DNA from: Oopsacas minuta
Taxonomy: Eukaryota > Animalia > Porifera
Reading direction: 5' to 3'
Length of the DNA stretch: 64,000 nucleotides
NCBI GenBank assembly: GCA_024704765.1
Contig: JAKMXF010000044.1
Location: 124,001 to 188,000 of the forward strand
This document shows, in pieces, positions 1-12,295 of this stretch. A program made the translations under genes and the position numbers. Within the stretch, counting starts at the first letter, position 1; every line of letters begins with the position of its first letter. The notes beneath the pieces were generated by a model that did not search any database, had not been told where the DNA came from, and saw only the letters and a list, made by a program, of their open reading frames with translations.

Positions 1-790
1 TGAGATATCACACTTAATTCAAGGGTATAACTAATTATGATAATAGATTCAGTATGATGAACATCAATAGGTCCGATAGAAAACAATCTCTTTTGAGCAA
101 TATAGGAAGGTTCCATAAGTCTAAAATAAGAAATAGGAGTGAACAAAATTATATATTAAGGAAGTACCTCTGGAATAGTGCATGTTTGCCAGAAAACGTA
201 AAGGATATGTTAGAATAATGGAATGAAAGGAAATCAAGCAAACTAGTCATTCCAGTGATCATGTGACAAAGTCAGCCGGGTCAGTCCAATCCAGGCTATG
301 ACTCCTTCGATTATGCGAAGCGCAAATAAGCATATCAAACGTGACTTCTGAAAATTACTACCAGAATAAGAGGGACTTAGATAAGTGCTCTAATATCATG
401 GGCACAAAGAAAGGTCTATTAATTAGCCAGTACAGATGAAACAGTCAACAAGATTAAAAAATAAATAGACCCACGAAACCTTCAGAATTGTATCATCTAT
501 TAAATAAATAAGTTTATAGAAACAAATTCCAAGTAACGAGAGGTCCTAGCAACAAAAGTCCCGGGAGTTTTGTTCTAGGCATCGAAAAATCAGCGAGGAA
601 AATTTTGATAGGAATAAGAAGCATATAACTAAATGATTCCTAATCTTATGGTTATCTATAAATGCGTTATCAAATTATGACAATATTTAAGAAAAGGCGG
701 TGGTTAGAATACCGGCAACGGCACTATAATGATTATTTCTTAGAGTGGAGGCAACTGTACCCAACTTTTTCTTCTTGTAGTGCAGGCAAT

Positions 791-1315
791 AGCATTGTAA
801 GCTAGCTATGTACATATTCTTTTCGTTATGGGTGATGATGATCAACAAGTATACCATGAAATAAATATTTTAACTACTTCAACGTGTTCATATATGTCAA
901 ATTGCAAAATGATTGGTAGTATATAATAAAGGTGCATATTTCATTAACCTGAAAGAAATCATGCAAGCAATGTGTTGACAATACTAATTGTCCTAAATAC
1001 CTTCCTGCTACAATAACCTGCAATGTGATACATTCCATAAGCCACGCAAGTTACTACACAATAAATATCTTCCATTGCATAGCCACCACCAACCTTGTAC
1101 GTACATGCAGGCATGTTATTCATGCCTCCACTTGTAAGCAAATAGATTAGTTTTAAATTTTCAATTCCATTGGGATATAATCATTATCATGCACTTGTAT
1201 TGTTAATTCGATGTACAATGATGGTAAAGGATTATTTACTCATGATATACTCGTAGATCATCATCATAGCCATAACGAAAAGAATATGCACATAGTATAA
1301 GCATTCTGTAATGCC
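791..1315. repeat. Long imperfect inverted repeat (foldback-like element)
   Basis: The arm at ~791-865 (CTATGTACATATTCTTTTCGTTATGG..GATGATGATC..CAAGTATACCATGA) is the reverse complement of the arm at ~1231-1315 (TCATGATATACTCGTAGATCATCATCATAGCCATAACGAAAAGAATATGCACATAG). Weaker similarity extends outward. Confidence 0.8.
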
Positions 1316-2040
1316 AAAATTATTATTGTATGGCTTCCTCCAATAAATGAAAATTAGTGTAACTTTCTCAATTCTTGACCGATTGTTGCGTTCTTTTTAC
1401 CTATCTTCATTATTTTCTAAGTAGTACCACAATATAATAACCACATTTTCATCATGGTGTGCATTACTCTAGTTGTACCCCGAATTATTGAGGTTTTTTC
1501 TATACAAAAGTGTTACGTGACCAGAAATAATGTCGGTTTAGGGAATTCCAGATTACACAGGTGTCGGATTTCGGAAGTTTCACTGTATTTCATAATTTAA
1601 CTTTGAAATCATAGCTCATCATTTCGTTTTGCAGAGTTAGCATTTTTCCAACATATCTGCCTGTTAGGCGATCACATGACATATTTTGACCAGAAAATAT
1701 GTTCTAGATTAGAAATCTTTGAGTCATTATCACATTTGTGAGACTTGATGATAGCTTCATAATATTTGAGAATAGCATGTGTTGACTTCGAATCAACTAC
1801 AAAGCACTTCTTATTTATCCCTGGGCCAGAAAATAGTTGTAGTTTCCAGTCCTATTATTATATAGTTCACTGGATGACCCTGTTACTACTCAAATAATTT
1901 CAAACATATTGGAAATGTTTCGCATATACTATATATAATTGTAACACATACTATATACATTTGTTCAACATTTGATGTTCTTCAATTATGTAATACATTT
2001 ATTCAATCAAAAATGGCTTATTTCTACCATATAGAGACAA

Positions 2041-3113
2041 TGTATATAGATGCTTACAACAAATACCAAACCTTATCCTAAATATTAAGTTACTATTTAG
2101 GTCCCTATGCTTAAGGATAAAAGGCTTTCCTTGGTAGATTATCAAATATGGCTGGATAAGCACCAGGAAACCTGTCAGGCCAAAGAGTATGGTGAATTCA
2201 ACTCAGTTGCGTTGGAGTCCTAATTGGCAATACGGTCTTCAATAAGTCAGTCGACCAAAAAGTTATTATATTCCACAGTTGTTGCGAATGGCGATGAAGT
2301 CTATTGTAGTCTATCAGAGTTAAGTAATTTATTGCTCGCTATTGTATATCATTTTTCATCTACTGACAAGAATTCCTCCGAAATGCATCAGTACTCTCCT
2401 GGTGGGGAAGACTCTTGGTGTAATTCCCAAAAGTTAAGGCCCTGGGAAACCGGATGTCCTCCCACCCAAGAGCTCTCTCTCAAGGTTGCAGGGATCGGGT
2501 CCTTGCTATCCTATCCCCGTACATGACAGTTGATTTCTTAGATAAAGTAAAGAAGGGTAGGACATCAAACTTGAATGAAAAGTTTGCATAATTTAATTTG
2601 GAACATGTTTAGCAAGACCAATGCAATCGACCCAGAACTGATGCATTTCGGAGCAAGCCTTGCTGTAATTAGATACAACGATGGATATTCTGGCATTTTC
2701 GAGTTAGTTCGGGAACTTGGTTTTGAACCTTATAGAATTTTCTTACTTTATGTAGTTCGTTAGATTGTACACGTGTTAATATAAGTAATTATAAGATTAG
2801 TAGTAATTTAATAAGGAGAAGATACAGTATAAAGCAAACTAAACGTAGTAGGAAACTGTGTGGTGAGGGTTATAAGAGTGGTGCGTATTTGAAAGTTGTC
2901 AGTAGTGTGGAGAGTCGTGTTTTATGTTGTGGTACAGATGAATTTGGTGTTATAGGCGGTAGAGGTATTAATAATATTAGCGTTTTTGAATGGGTAAATT
3001 GTGATATTTGTAGTGCTTGGTTTCATGTGTATTGTTTATATAATAATCCTGTGGTTTTTGATAAGATTGAAGTGGAAGAAATATGGATATGTCTAGCATG
3101 TACTCGTGCTTAG
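2041..3113 (+). pseudogene. Degraded Mutator-like (possibly Kolobok-type) DNA transposase followed by a PHD finger
   Basis: Fragments across frames: YQIWLDKHQETCQ..LES.LAIRS..LLYSTVVANGD; LLLAIVYHFSSTD..MHQYSPGGEDSWCN (HxxCPxGxxSWC-type); ESLHNLIWNMFSK..LAVIRYNDG. Then PHD finger CCGTD..WVNCDICSAWFHVYCL..WICLAC (2889-3113). Stops, frameshifts and an internal deletion are present. Confidence 0.7.
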
Positions 3114-4545
3114 ATAGGTCCTTGTTCTATGTTTACTGTAAATTTCATCATAATACCTCTCAACTTATATGTTTGTATTATGTTTTCATATTCATTATCA
3201 TAGTTGTAGTTCTTAATCTATTTCTTATTATTAATTAATGTGTGATCAATGTTTGATCTATTTTCTGCCTTTGGGGACTGTTATCTCAGAAGTAGATTAT
3301 TTATTGACCAATATAGGGTAATTTTGTCAATATATAAGGGATCTTCAAAAGCTCAACTGTTTAGGGGAGATCTCACACTCTGGAGAAAGTTCAGTTGAAT
3401 GGATATACAATATATGTTGAAATTTACAGAATTTTTAGCTGGATATCAATTGATAGACAAAGTATACTGATCTATATAATTGCTCCTTGCTATAAATCGA
3501 AATTCTAATCAACCTACTTTTCTTTCTAGGCAATTTCAAACAAATGTCTATGTCCATTACAGAAGTATCCATGCTCAACTTTTCATGATATATATTGAAA
3601 GTTTACCAGTTTAAAATTTCAAAATTTTCCAATATCTAGTTATTTAAATGTTATTGCATTTTTGGATGCTAGATGATGATCCAGAATCCTACTAAGTTTG
3701 CAGCGAGATTGATCAACTAGAACTCATCGCAGGTCTCTAGATCATACTCACTCCTTAATAGGCTATGCACCAGCGAATATATCTGAAATCGCATAGTTGT
3801 CAACTATTGTTAAGTCTATCCTTGAAATCATCTAACCTCGTTCAATGTGTACACATACATATCTTATCCAAATATCCAAAGAACCCATGATCCTGTAGCT
3901 CAAAAATTTACCGTTAAGGCAGTTTAAAGTTTTCAAAAATCAGATTTTTCATTGTCAACCTCCTTTAACTCCGCATACTCGGTCTGTCTTTTTACTACTA
4001 ATTAGATATTAATGTCATTCTCCTTCTCATTCATTAATTTATATTAGTTATACGTTACTGAATGTGTGATTTCTCCATTTCGAGTATGTTTCTAATTACG
4101 ACTAGTTAGTCTCTTCAATCCGATCACTAATATCTAGTGAAGATGTCGGAACGAGTATCCCCCGTGGGGCTGGAATCATTATCATTCCATGGGAAGTGTA
4201 ATATGGGAAACCTATGGGAAATCCTGGAATATCCTATACAGAATCTTGGGTAATCTTGAGGAAAGAGGGGGAATTGGAATCATAATTCCTTTCACATGCA
4301 ATCATGCAAATACCTCATATCAATACGCCACAACCCACACAACTTTTTTTCCAAGAGGCCTCAAATAGTTACACTAATTTTTTGTATATTTTGTAATATT
4401 TATAATTTCTAGCCCACCCCATATGTCCTGCATAAATCCTGTAAAATGTTCACGCTAGCTGGTACTATAATGGACATAATTCTCAGTACAATGATACATT
4501 GAACTGGAACTTTACCAATAACCTTTTATATCAATTTGTTATAAA

Positions 4546-4893
4546 TTGTATCTTAGTTCAAACAAGTTCTGGTATATCCAAAATCTAATGGATGAATTAT
4601 ACCCTGGGATCCAGTTTATTTGTGAAAACTTTATTTCAAGCCAGAAAATTTCTGATTGTGATGCTTATCAGCGCTTCTACGATATTATTGTTCGTGAAAT
4701 TTCCAAAATTTATCCCAATAGTTTCATCACTGAAGAATTCTTTTTTTTGGAGGTTTCTAAGGCAGGATATTTTCGGAAGGTTTGTTCTTCATTAGAGCAA
4801 GTTTTAGCTAACAATGATTGTCAGGACTCTTCACTTGTTTACGCTACACTGTCTGCCAACTTTTCACTTAGTGGCACTCTGGCATTCATATGA
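4546..4893 (+). CDS. Unassigned 115-codon ORF, possible exon or TE fragment
   Basis: Open frame with natural-looking composition. A possible acceptor (TATCTTAG) lies near its 5' end. No recognised domain. Confidence 0.3.
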   Translation: MYLSSNKFWYIQNLMDELYPGIQFICENFISSQKISDCDAYQRFYDIIVREISKIYPNSFITEEFFFLEVSKAGYFRKVCSSLEQVLANNDCQDSSLVYATLSANFSLSGTLAFI

Positions 4894-6716
4894 GTTATTA
4901 GTCATAGCATTACTTTGAAAGTCTGTGGAGCCATGAGTTTTGGTGCCTATAGCCCCTTTCTTTTGTCAGAGGGGGCTCAGCTCCCAAACTTTCGGCATCT
5001 TCTTATGAATCATGCTTAGTGTGACCTGATGTGATTTAGCGAAAACTAGACACATTAAAATTTTGGTTCATTTCTTGTTCCCAATTCTCTTTTCAAGTTC
5101 GTATTACAGAAATACTTTAATTTTGGTAGAAATTCTATACAAATTACTTTTGGTAGTCTCACTGCTCCGGGCCACGAAACACCGGGGTAAATCAACTTCC
5201 AGTTTTCAGGAATTCTCTTCTTCCCGTTCCGTGAAATGAATGATGCCCTCTATTCATAATATTTTATCCTACAGTAGTAACAACAATACTTCTATTTGAT
5301 TAAGCGAATACTGCCTGGAAAAATAGTCAATTTATGACGTCAAAAGGTGCTAAAATCTCGATTTGGATGCGGGTATTAGTTAAAACGAAGTGGTAGAACT
5401 TTGGAGTTGCTTTTCGTACGAGCTTAACACTTCGGCCGTAACCGGTTAACAACGAAAAGCTTTACTTTATTCCATTCCAGAGTATAATTTTATAGATAGA
5501 TCTTGCAAAGAAACCAGAATGTATTGGCTAAAAATAGCATTTCCCATACCGCGAAACACTATGAGAACCTTAGGTTGTTAAGTTCAAACTAATAATATAG
5601 GACATTTTTATGTTGAAAAAATGCGAAGTCACCCGGTTGTCCAAATTTTGGAATAGCAGATGCCTATATTAGGGCCCATTATTCCGTACCTCAAATGCCA
5701 TTGAAAAAGTAGCAAAAAAGACATTTTTGCGTATGGATAGAGTGTTTGTGAACTTATGATAATATAATTTGGAAAACATCATCACCTCTGCACCTAACAT
5801 GTATTGTTGGTATAGTAGAAGTTATTTTACTCAAAATATCATCCAGTGTTACAAACATTTTGAATGGCTCAAGTAAAAATACATTTATTCGGGTGGAAAT
5901 GAACCAATTTCATATTTTGGCGATTAACGAATTTCCCATCAAATAGCTCCACTTCTTTATATCCCTGGTCAAAATCTGGCCTTATGGTATTAGCTTATGA
6001 TCTAGGTTGATATTTCATTGAAAAGCAGTGTTAACTCTCATTTTCACCATGTTTTGAGTCAAAAATTTACATTACGGTTTATTACTATCAATTCTATATT
6101 TTCACCCTGTAAATACCATATTCCTATAAAATCTAAAATCAATAAACAGCTTCAAAATAGCTCTTTGACGTGATTTTTTACACTTTAAATCGACCCTATA
6201 CGGCAAAATTACTATAGAAATATCGTTTCATATGTTTATGATGGTAGCAACATGCCTAATTCCGCTGAATAGTAACTTATGACTACGGAGTAATTTAGAA
6301 GTTCTATAATTTTACCCAAATTATCCCTCTCTCCTTTCTTAATATAGTTTATATTTTAAATAAATTTCAACTAGTCTAGCAAATATTTATTCCAATCAGA
6401 AACCTATACAATACACTTTAAATAAACCTATTTTCAATAAAAAGAATCAATTGTAAAGTGCAAAAACGGTAGATCATTTTATAATTTGTATCTAAGTCTA
6501 TTTCATAGCAACATTCATGGCATATTTCGATAGAACTGCTGGTCAATTTGTCATAACCCTATCGAGTAACCTACGCCGCAAGACTAGCTGGGTCAATTTA
6601 TACGTAATTTACTCTCTAACATGTTATTCGACAGGATTTTGTTAAATACTCATCTTTCAATGTACTTCGTATGTATTTGTGTGTCCTACTGATATTGGAT
6701 ACATTTTTCTTTACTA

Positions 6717-6855
6717 CAGTGGAACCTGCATAAGCTGACACTCGTTTAGACTTGAAAATTTTGTGGGTTTAGCAAATTGTCCGATTATGTAGGAAACACT
6801 TGGATTAAAGAGGTCTTCCGGACTATACAGGTGTCGGTTCATGCAGGTTCCACTT
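6717..6855. mobile_element. pogo/Tigger-type MITE (~140 bp)
   Basis: TA|CAGTGGAACCTGCATAAGCTGACAC at 6717-6741; inverted copy GTGTCGGTTCATGCAGGTTCCACTT at 6831-6855 (21/25 match). Confidence 0.75.
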
Positions 6856-7442
6856 TGAGTAATGAAAATATAATATTAACTAGACAATTAGAGTACCATG
6901 AATGTCAAGTCTCAACATTGAACTTTCTCCCATAGGTTGGACTTAGCGGCCCCTCAAATCAGTCCCCTACCATTTCCCACTTTGATAACCTTTATATAGC
7001 GGCCACCTATTGAACGCGGCCAATGGCCACCATTTTTAGGCACTTCTGACAATAAACCTGTCTATTAGGGTCACAAACACTATATATGACCGCTATCATT
7101 TCTAACGTCCATCCTACATAATTATCACCTCACTAAACTCCACCTTTGACAATTCCTTGGGCGATGGCCATTAACAATTAGAGCGTTAGAGAACACTTGC
7201 ACGACGGGAAATTTTACACTGATCAGGAATATCCGACTAAAAATCGGATTCAATTTTAATTGTGGCCGTTAGCTCGATTTTAAAACCTACAAAATGTGTC
7301 GCTTAAGTGGTCAATTGTGGCCGATACAATGGAAATTCAAGTTGGTATTATATCCAAAAGTGAATTATTAGTGATGCGGGACGACCTTAGGGAATGTGAA
7401 ATTCTATGTAAAAAGACTGATTACAGTCATAACGGACTGTAC

Positions 7443-7595
7443 GGGGCGTTGCATTAGTTCGAATTAATATGTTGGCAATAGTTCGAAGGAATTGAGTTTT
7501 TGGCATTAGTTCAAATAATTTTGATGTTGGCATTAGTATCAATTAACTCTGATGCAGGCATAGATCGAATGAATTTCTATATTGGCATTAGCAAA
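7443..7595 (+). repeat. Solo MULE-family terminus with a ~25-27 bp tandem subrepeat array
   Basis: GGGGCGTTGCATTAGTTCGAATT matches the TIR ends of the MULE at 13780-15868. It is followed by about 6 degenerate TTGGCATTAGTTCGAAT units. Confidence 0.65.
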
Positions 7596-9479
7596 GGAAA
7601 TTTTGTTACAAAAATCCAAGAAATCTAGGACCATTCAAACTCGTAACAGTTACTAACTCGACACAAATTTTAATTAACAACTCAAATTAAATGTCTCCCA
7701 CCGCTGTGTTGTACCAGAGTATTTACACGTTATCCAAGTTGTTGTTGAGCGTATTTAGATTAGCTAGCGGATAAAGGTCTTAAAGGTTAACTCATTGAAA
7801 TTAAACGAACTATTCAAGTTGTCGTGCAGCGTATTTAATATACTTGTTTATATATTTTATAGTAGAATAATTTTGAATATTGACGTGTCATGAAGTAGTC
7901 ATTTTGGGCATTTTTGCCCGCATTTTGCGGCGTTGCCTCCAAAGATAGGCTCCAGCCATGCCGAGGTCTTTTCAAAATTAATAGTGCATTGCTCTCTCAC
8001 TTTTTGTGGAAAATTCCTTCCCAAATCAAATACTAAATTACTTCCTAATTATAGCTAATTTATTCGAAAGAATCCTGGTTGAATACACAATCTTGAACAG
8101 TCCATTGAAATTCACCCATAAGCAATTTGAAACTGAAATGAATTGCAATCTTTTGATTTTGATGTACAAATCCTAGTTGGGTCCCAAAGTTTGATGAGTT
8201 CAATTTCAATTCAATACAGGCAATCCTAGTGTCAAAAACTGGGAAAAATACCAGCAATATATTTCAAATAAAATTCTAACAGTATTTAAATTTAATTTTG
8301 ACAGATTTCCATCCAAAATCCACCAAACGTCACAATTACCCCGTTTATTGGGATAATCTTTGGAAAAACATAGTAAATACTGCGTCTCTGCTTTCTCAAA
8401 AACCGAATACTGCGGGAAAATGTGTTATTTATGACTTCCAAAAGGCGCTGAAATCTAGATTTGTGTGCTGGATTTTGTTAAATAGAGGCAGGATTTCTTT
8501 CAGGATTTTATGTAAGGTGGGTCAAATGAAGGTTTGTAGAACTAGGGGAAGGGGCAAACCAAATAGAAATGGCAGGCAAATGTCCCCCAAAAAAGAACCA
8601 TGATGGGATAAAATTTCGTGCTAGTTTCGTTATTAACGTGACACTTCGGCCTTAATCGGGTGATTGCATATTGGGTACTATCCTAATTTGCAACAAAATA
8701 TACTAAATTTGACCTGTGGACGGTATATTATGGCATGCTATATAACTTTATGATCTGTCTTCCGGACAATAATTAGCTGGAGGACGGAATAGTTAAAGGC
8801 TTGTATTTTCTGTATTATCAGGTATATACTTTAACGAGCTCACAGGTTTACTCATCTTTAGATAGCACAAAAATACTCTAATAATCGCACAGACTATATA
8901 TATATTACGGGAGCGTTTAGGGAGTTATTAGGGCGAACTTTTGAGGCTCCTAAAGAATTATATTCAGGACTAGGAAAGGATTTACCTTCCACAAATCAAT
9001 ATGCTTCTTCCGAATATCATGAATTGCTCCCGATGAGAAATTGATGTACTTGGTCTAACATCACCGAATATTTTGGAAACCTGAGTGACATTATTCGAGG
9101 TAGTCATAATAATCGTGACTCTTTCCTAAGGTCATGTCCAATCAACGTTCTGCCTTCACGAAATCGAAGAATTCATTTCTTAATTGTTGATTTCAAACTT
9201 GATTCAGTAAATGAATTAGTGTTAAATGATAATAAAATATCTTTGAGTAATAACCTGTTTAGATATAGGCTCTATGTTTCAGTAGATATTTTTGTGAAAT
9301 TTGGAATCCATAAATGCCAATGGCAAATAGCTGAAAGCTAAATATTAATTAATAGATTTTAATAAACTAAAGTCTGAACAAGAGTTCAAATATAGCTCTA
9401 ATTATTGAAATTTACAAAATAGTTACTGAAATGCCAAAAAATATTTTACAGTGCAGAGTTACGAACATGATCACAAGGA

Positions 9480-9969
9480 TATGAGAAGTTTGGGGTATAC
9501 TTTAAAATGGTTATCATGTTTAGACCAAATTTCCATGATTTACGAATTATAAGTGGATATTGGCAAATTTTGTGACATCGATGGTCTGTATGATAACTCA
9601 GAATAATGCCAACTTTGTCATGGCAAATTTTTTATATTTTGAACAGAAACGGTTTTTGATTATTTGGAGTTTCAACATTTTGAACATAGATGAATAATTA
9701 ACATTAAATATGATTTCAAAGATGGAACATTATTTAATTCATATTTGCCAATTAGGCAATTAGATGACGTCACTTCGATCTGTAAATCTTCACAAATGTG
9801 GCTTTTATAAATTCTTTCATATCAATAATACATATATTCGGTGAAAATGTATCAGTTGCTTATTATTTGCGATTATAGATTCTCCCATCTAAATATATCC
9901 GCTTCCTCTATTCCCTGGTCAACTGAAAATTGACTTAGTGATCAGGCCTTATCTTTAGTAGGCTAAGGG
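9480..9969 (+). repeat. Dispersed repeat family A: one arm of a long-TIR element
   Basis: Colinear similarity with 54075-54570 and with the reverse complement of 50495-50990. It ends CCCTGGTCAACTGAAAATTGACTTAGTGATCAGGCCTTATCTTTAGTAGGCTAAGGG|TTAG. Confidence 0.8.
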
Positions 9970-10699
9970 TTAGTGTATTGGAATTTATTAATTTGCATCG
10001 TCAAGTAACCACACATTATGGTTAGTAGATACCAAATCTTACTCACTCTTTCAAGTGTGGATCATCCCATATCTATTACCTGGAAACTCTCTGCTTTGTA
10101 ACAGAGAGGCACATTTGCAACAAATTAACGCAATGCACATAGTTTCAAAGGAATAGATATTGAATATTCGCCACTCGAACGGGTATATTTTGGTATCTAC
10201 TAACAATAATGTGTGGTTACTAGACCATCCAAGCGAAAAATTCAGACTATATTACCGTGTATAACTTAGCCAGATACAGTAGTTAGTGTTTAAATGATAG
10301 GTTTTGCATTTGCAGTTACAATTTCTCACATAAACAGAAGATAAAAATTAGTAGCTGTAAGAACCAAAATATCAAGAATATTGGTGCCGCGGATAATATC
10401 ATGAAATCGTGTTAAATCGTCGTTTAGATGGTCGATATGTGTATACCTAGACTCAGCTAGCCTGGCGGCGTCGAACAAAGGTTTACACGATAGGGTAGGA
10501 TAAATTTTGAGAATGGAATGTTGCCTAGTTCCTGTAACAATCCTGTGTTTCTTGTGAAGAAATATTGCCAAACATATGCAAGTTGCGACTAAAAGACGCG
10601 AAATCTTTCCCTAATTGCTAATTATTTACAGTTGTTTACAGTTATTTACATTTGTCCAAATCTGCCATTTTTAAGTGACACTATAAAGTGGCGCTTAAT

Positions 10700-11010
10700 A
10701 ATTTAAAAATTCTCATTACAATGTCCCAACTTTTTCTGAGTTATCGCACGCCATGGATTGACTTTTGTTAATATCCTCTTATCACTCGATAACCATGCAC
10801 AATTTGGTGAAATCATGATAGCCATTTTATTGTATACACCCAACTTTCCATACTCATATAGTATATTTTGTTGTAATATCCATAAAGATTATTACGCAAT
10901 CTCTAAAATGCCCATATATTTGAATTTTCATATACTAGTCATAGCATTCTAATACACTAAGGCAATGGTACTGACTAAAATTCTTGGACCATGGATTTGT
11001 TAAACAAGTT
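10700..11010 (-). repeat. Family A repeat fragment (inner/central part)
   Basis: The reverse complement matches 53990-54200 (GAAAGTTGGGTGTATAC..TTATCGAGTGATAAGAGGATATTAACAAAAG) and 15890-15960. Confidence 0.7.
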
Positions 11011-11067
11011 GGTACAATATTCAAGACAAGCTTAAATATCAAGTTATAGCACATTCAGTTAGTCAAG

Positions 11068-11117
11068 TTACAATGAAACAAATATCTAAATGTTTAGACA
11101 TATTTGTTTCATTGTAA
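11068..11117. repeat. Perfect 18-bp inverted repeat hairpin
   Basis: TTACAATGAAACAAATAT (11068-11085) pairs with ATATTTGTTTCATTGTAA (11100-11117); inner CTAAA/TTTAG can also pair. Confidence 0.85.
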
Positions 11118-11439
11118 TTTTTCTTTTCCCATCTTATATTTATCCCTTATAGTAGTTAATGAAGAATTATACCATATTGTATAATATTGAGAATAAACAA
11201 CTATAGTACAAATTATATATTAACTTCTCCATCATTAATCAACAGTGACAAGTAGTAAATCTCAAATATTTGGATTAGTAGGAATCTGTGACTCTATGGT
11301 ATGTAGTCCATGCTTGTACACGAAACATTCAAAGACCCTCATTCATCTATATTGAAAACTATCTTCTTTAATGAACTAGCAACATCTAATCTAATCAATC
11401 ATATGTAGACATATATCTAGGAAAAAACTAGTTGCTATA

Positions 11440-12200
11440 TTTTTTAAGCTGCAAATTGTCAGACTTCACGACCATAGTATTATACTTCTTAACTTTCTTT
11501 GAGAGAATACAATTAGTTGTAAAAATCTTTTTATATATCCCACCGCCAGACCTTGCAATCATACCATTCTCTCCATGCCCCATCAAACTTATCTTGAATA
11601 ATCATCATACTGAAATGTATAAATATAGAACGACACGGTCCCGAATGGAAATGTTTATTTAAATTCAGGACCATCTATTTTCATATAAGTTTCTAAAACA
11701 ATATTAACAAAGTCGATAGCTGCAATAGATGGATATTTAAGCGAACCCCTGTCTAATAAATCAATGTGGATAAATTGGGAATCTATGTTATTAATAACGT
11801 CCATCTGTTTATCTAGTGTTAAAAAATCATGACAATCAGGACATTCATTAGATTTGTTTAGGAATGAAATCACTGCATACCCAGCAACTTATGTAAGACA
11901 TTCAACCTGAGATGGAAGTATTTGAGGATATTGAATAAATTGAAGTGTCTTAACATAAAATCGAATATCTTTATCAGTTTCAATTTGACGGATATCATGT
12001 ATCTTCCTTACTGACAATTGGATTTCATGTTTTCCCATGAGTCCTTGAGTATTTAAATCTAAATCAATAGTGAGGGTTCGTTCAACGGATGGTACGTATC
12101 GAATATTACTGTTATCTGGAAGTAAAACAATTCGGTCCTCAGATTGTATGTAACCCTGTATTGAATTTGTGAAAGTTAACCAAATACTAGTAAATAGTAG
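11440..12200 (-). pseudogene. P-element/THAP9-like transposase, C-terminal remnant
   Basis: VECLT*VAGYAV (YIAGYV-type motif), then CPDC..LIDRGSLKYPS-like sequence (LLDRGSLKYPS; RGGLxxPS-type) and IFTTNCILSKKVKKYN. Stops and frameshifts are present. Confidence 0.7.
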
Positions 12201-12295
12201 TGTGTCAATACAGTAAAAGCTATGAGATCCGGTTTGACTGTAATGTGTTTATATGTTGGATATTGAATATAACAATTATGAGTCATTCATAGATA

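Noticed and set aside
1-600. LINE endonuclease/RT remnant
   Set aside because: Purine-rich like a LINE sense strand, but no diagnostic motif could be read.
7448-7595. CRISPR-like array
   Set aside because: Degenerate tandem units with no unique spacers, in a eukaryotic context; matches MULE TIR subrepeats.
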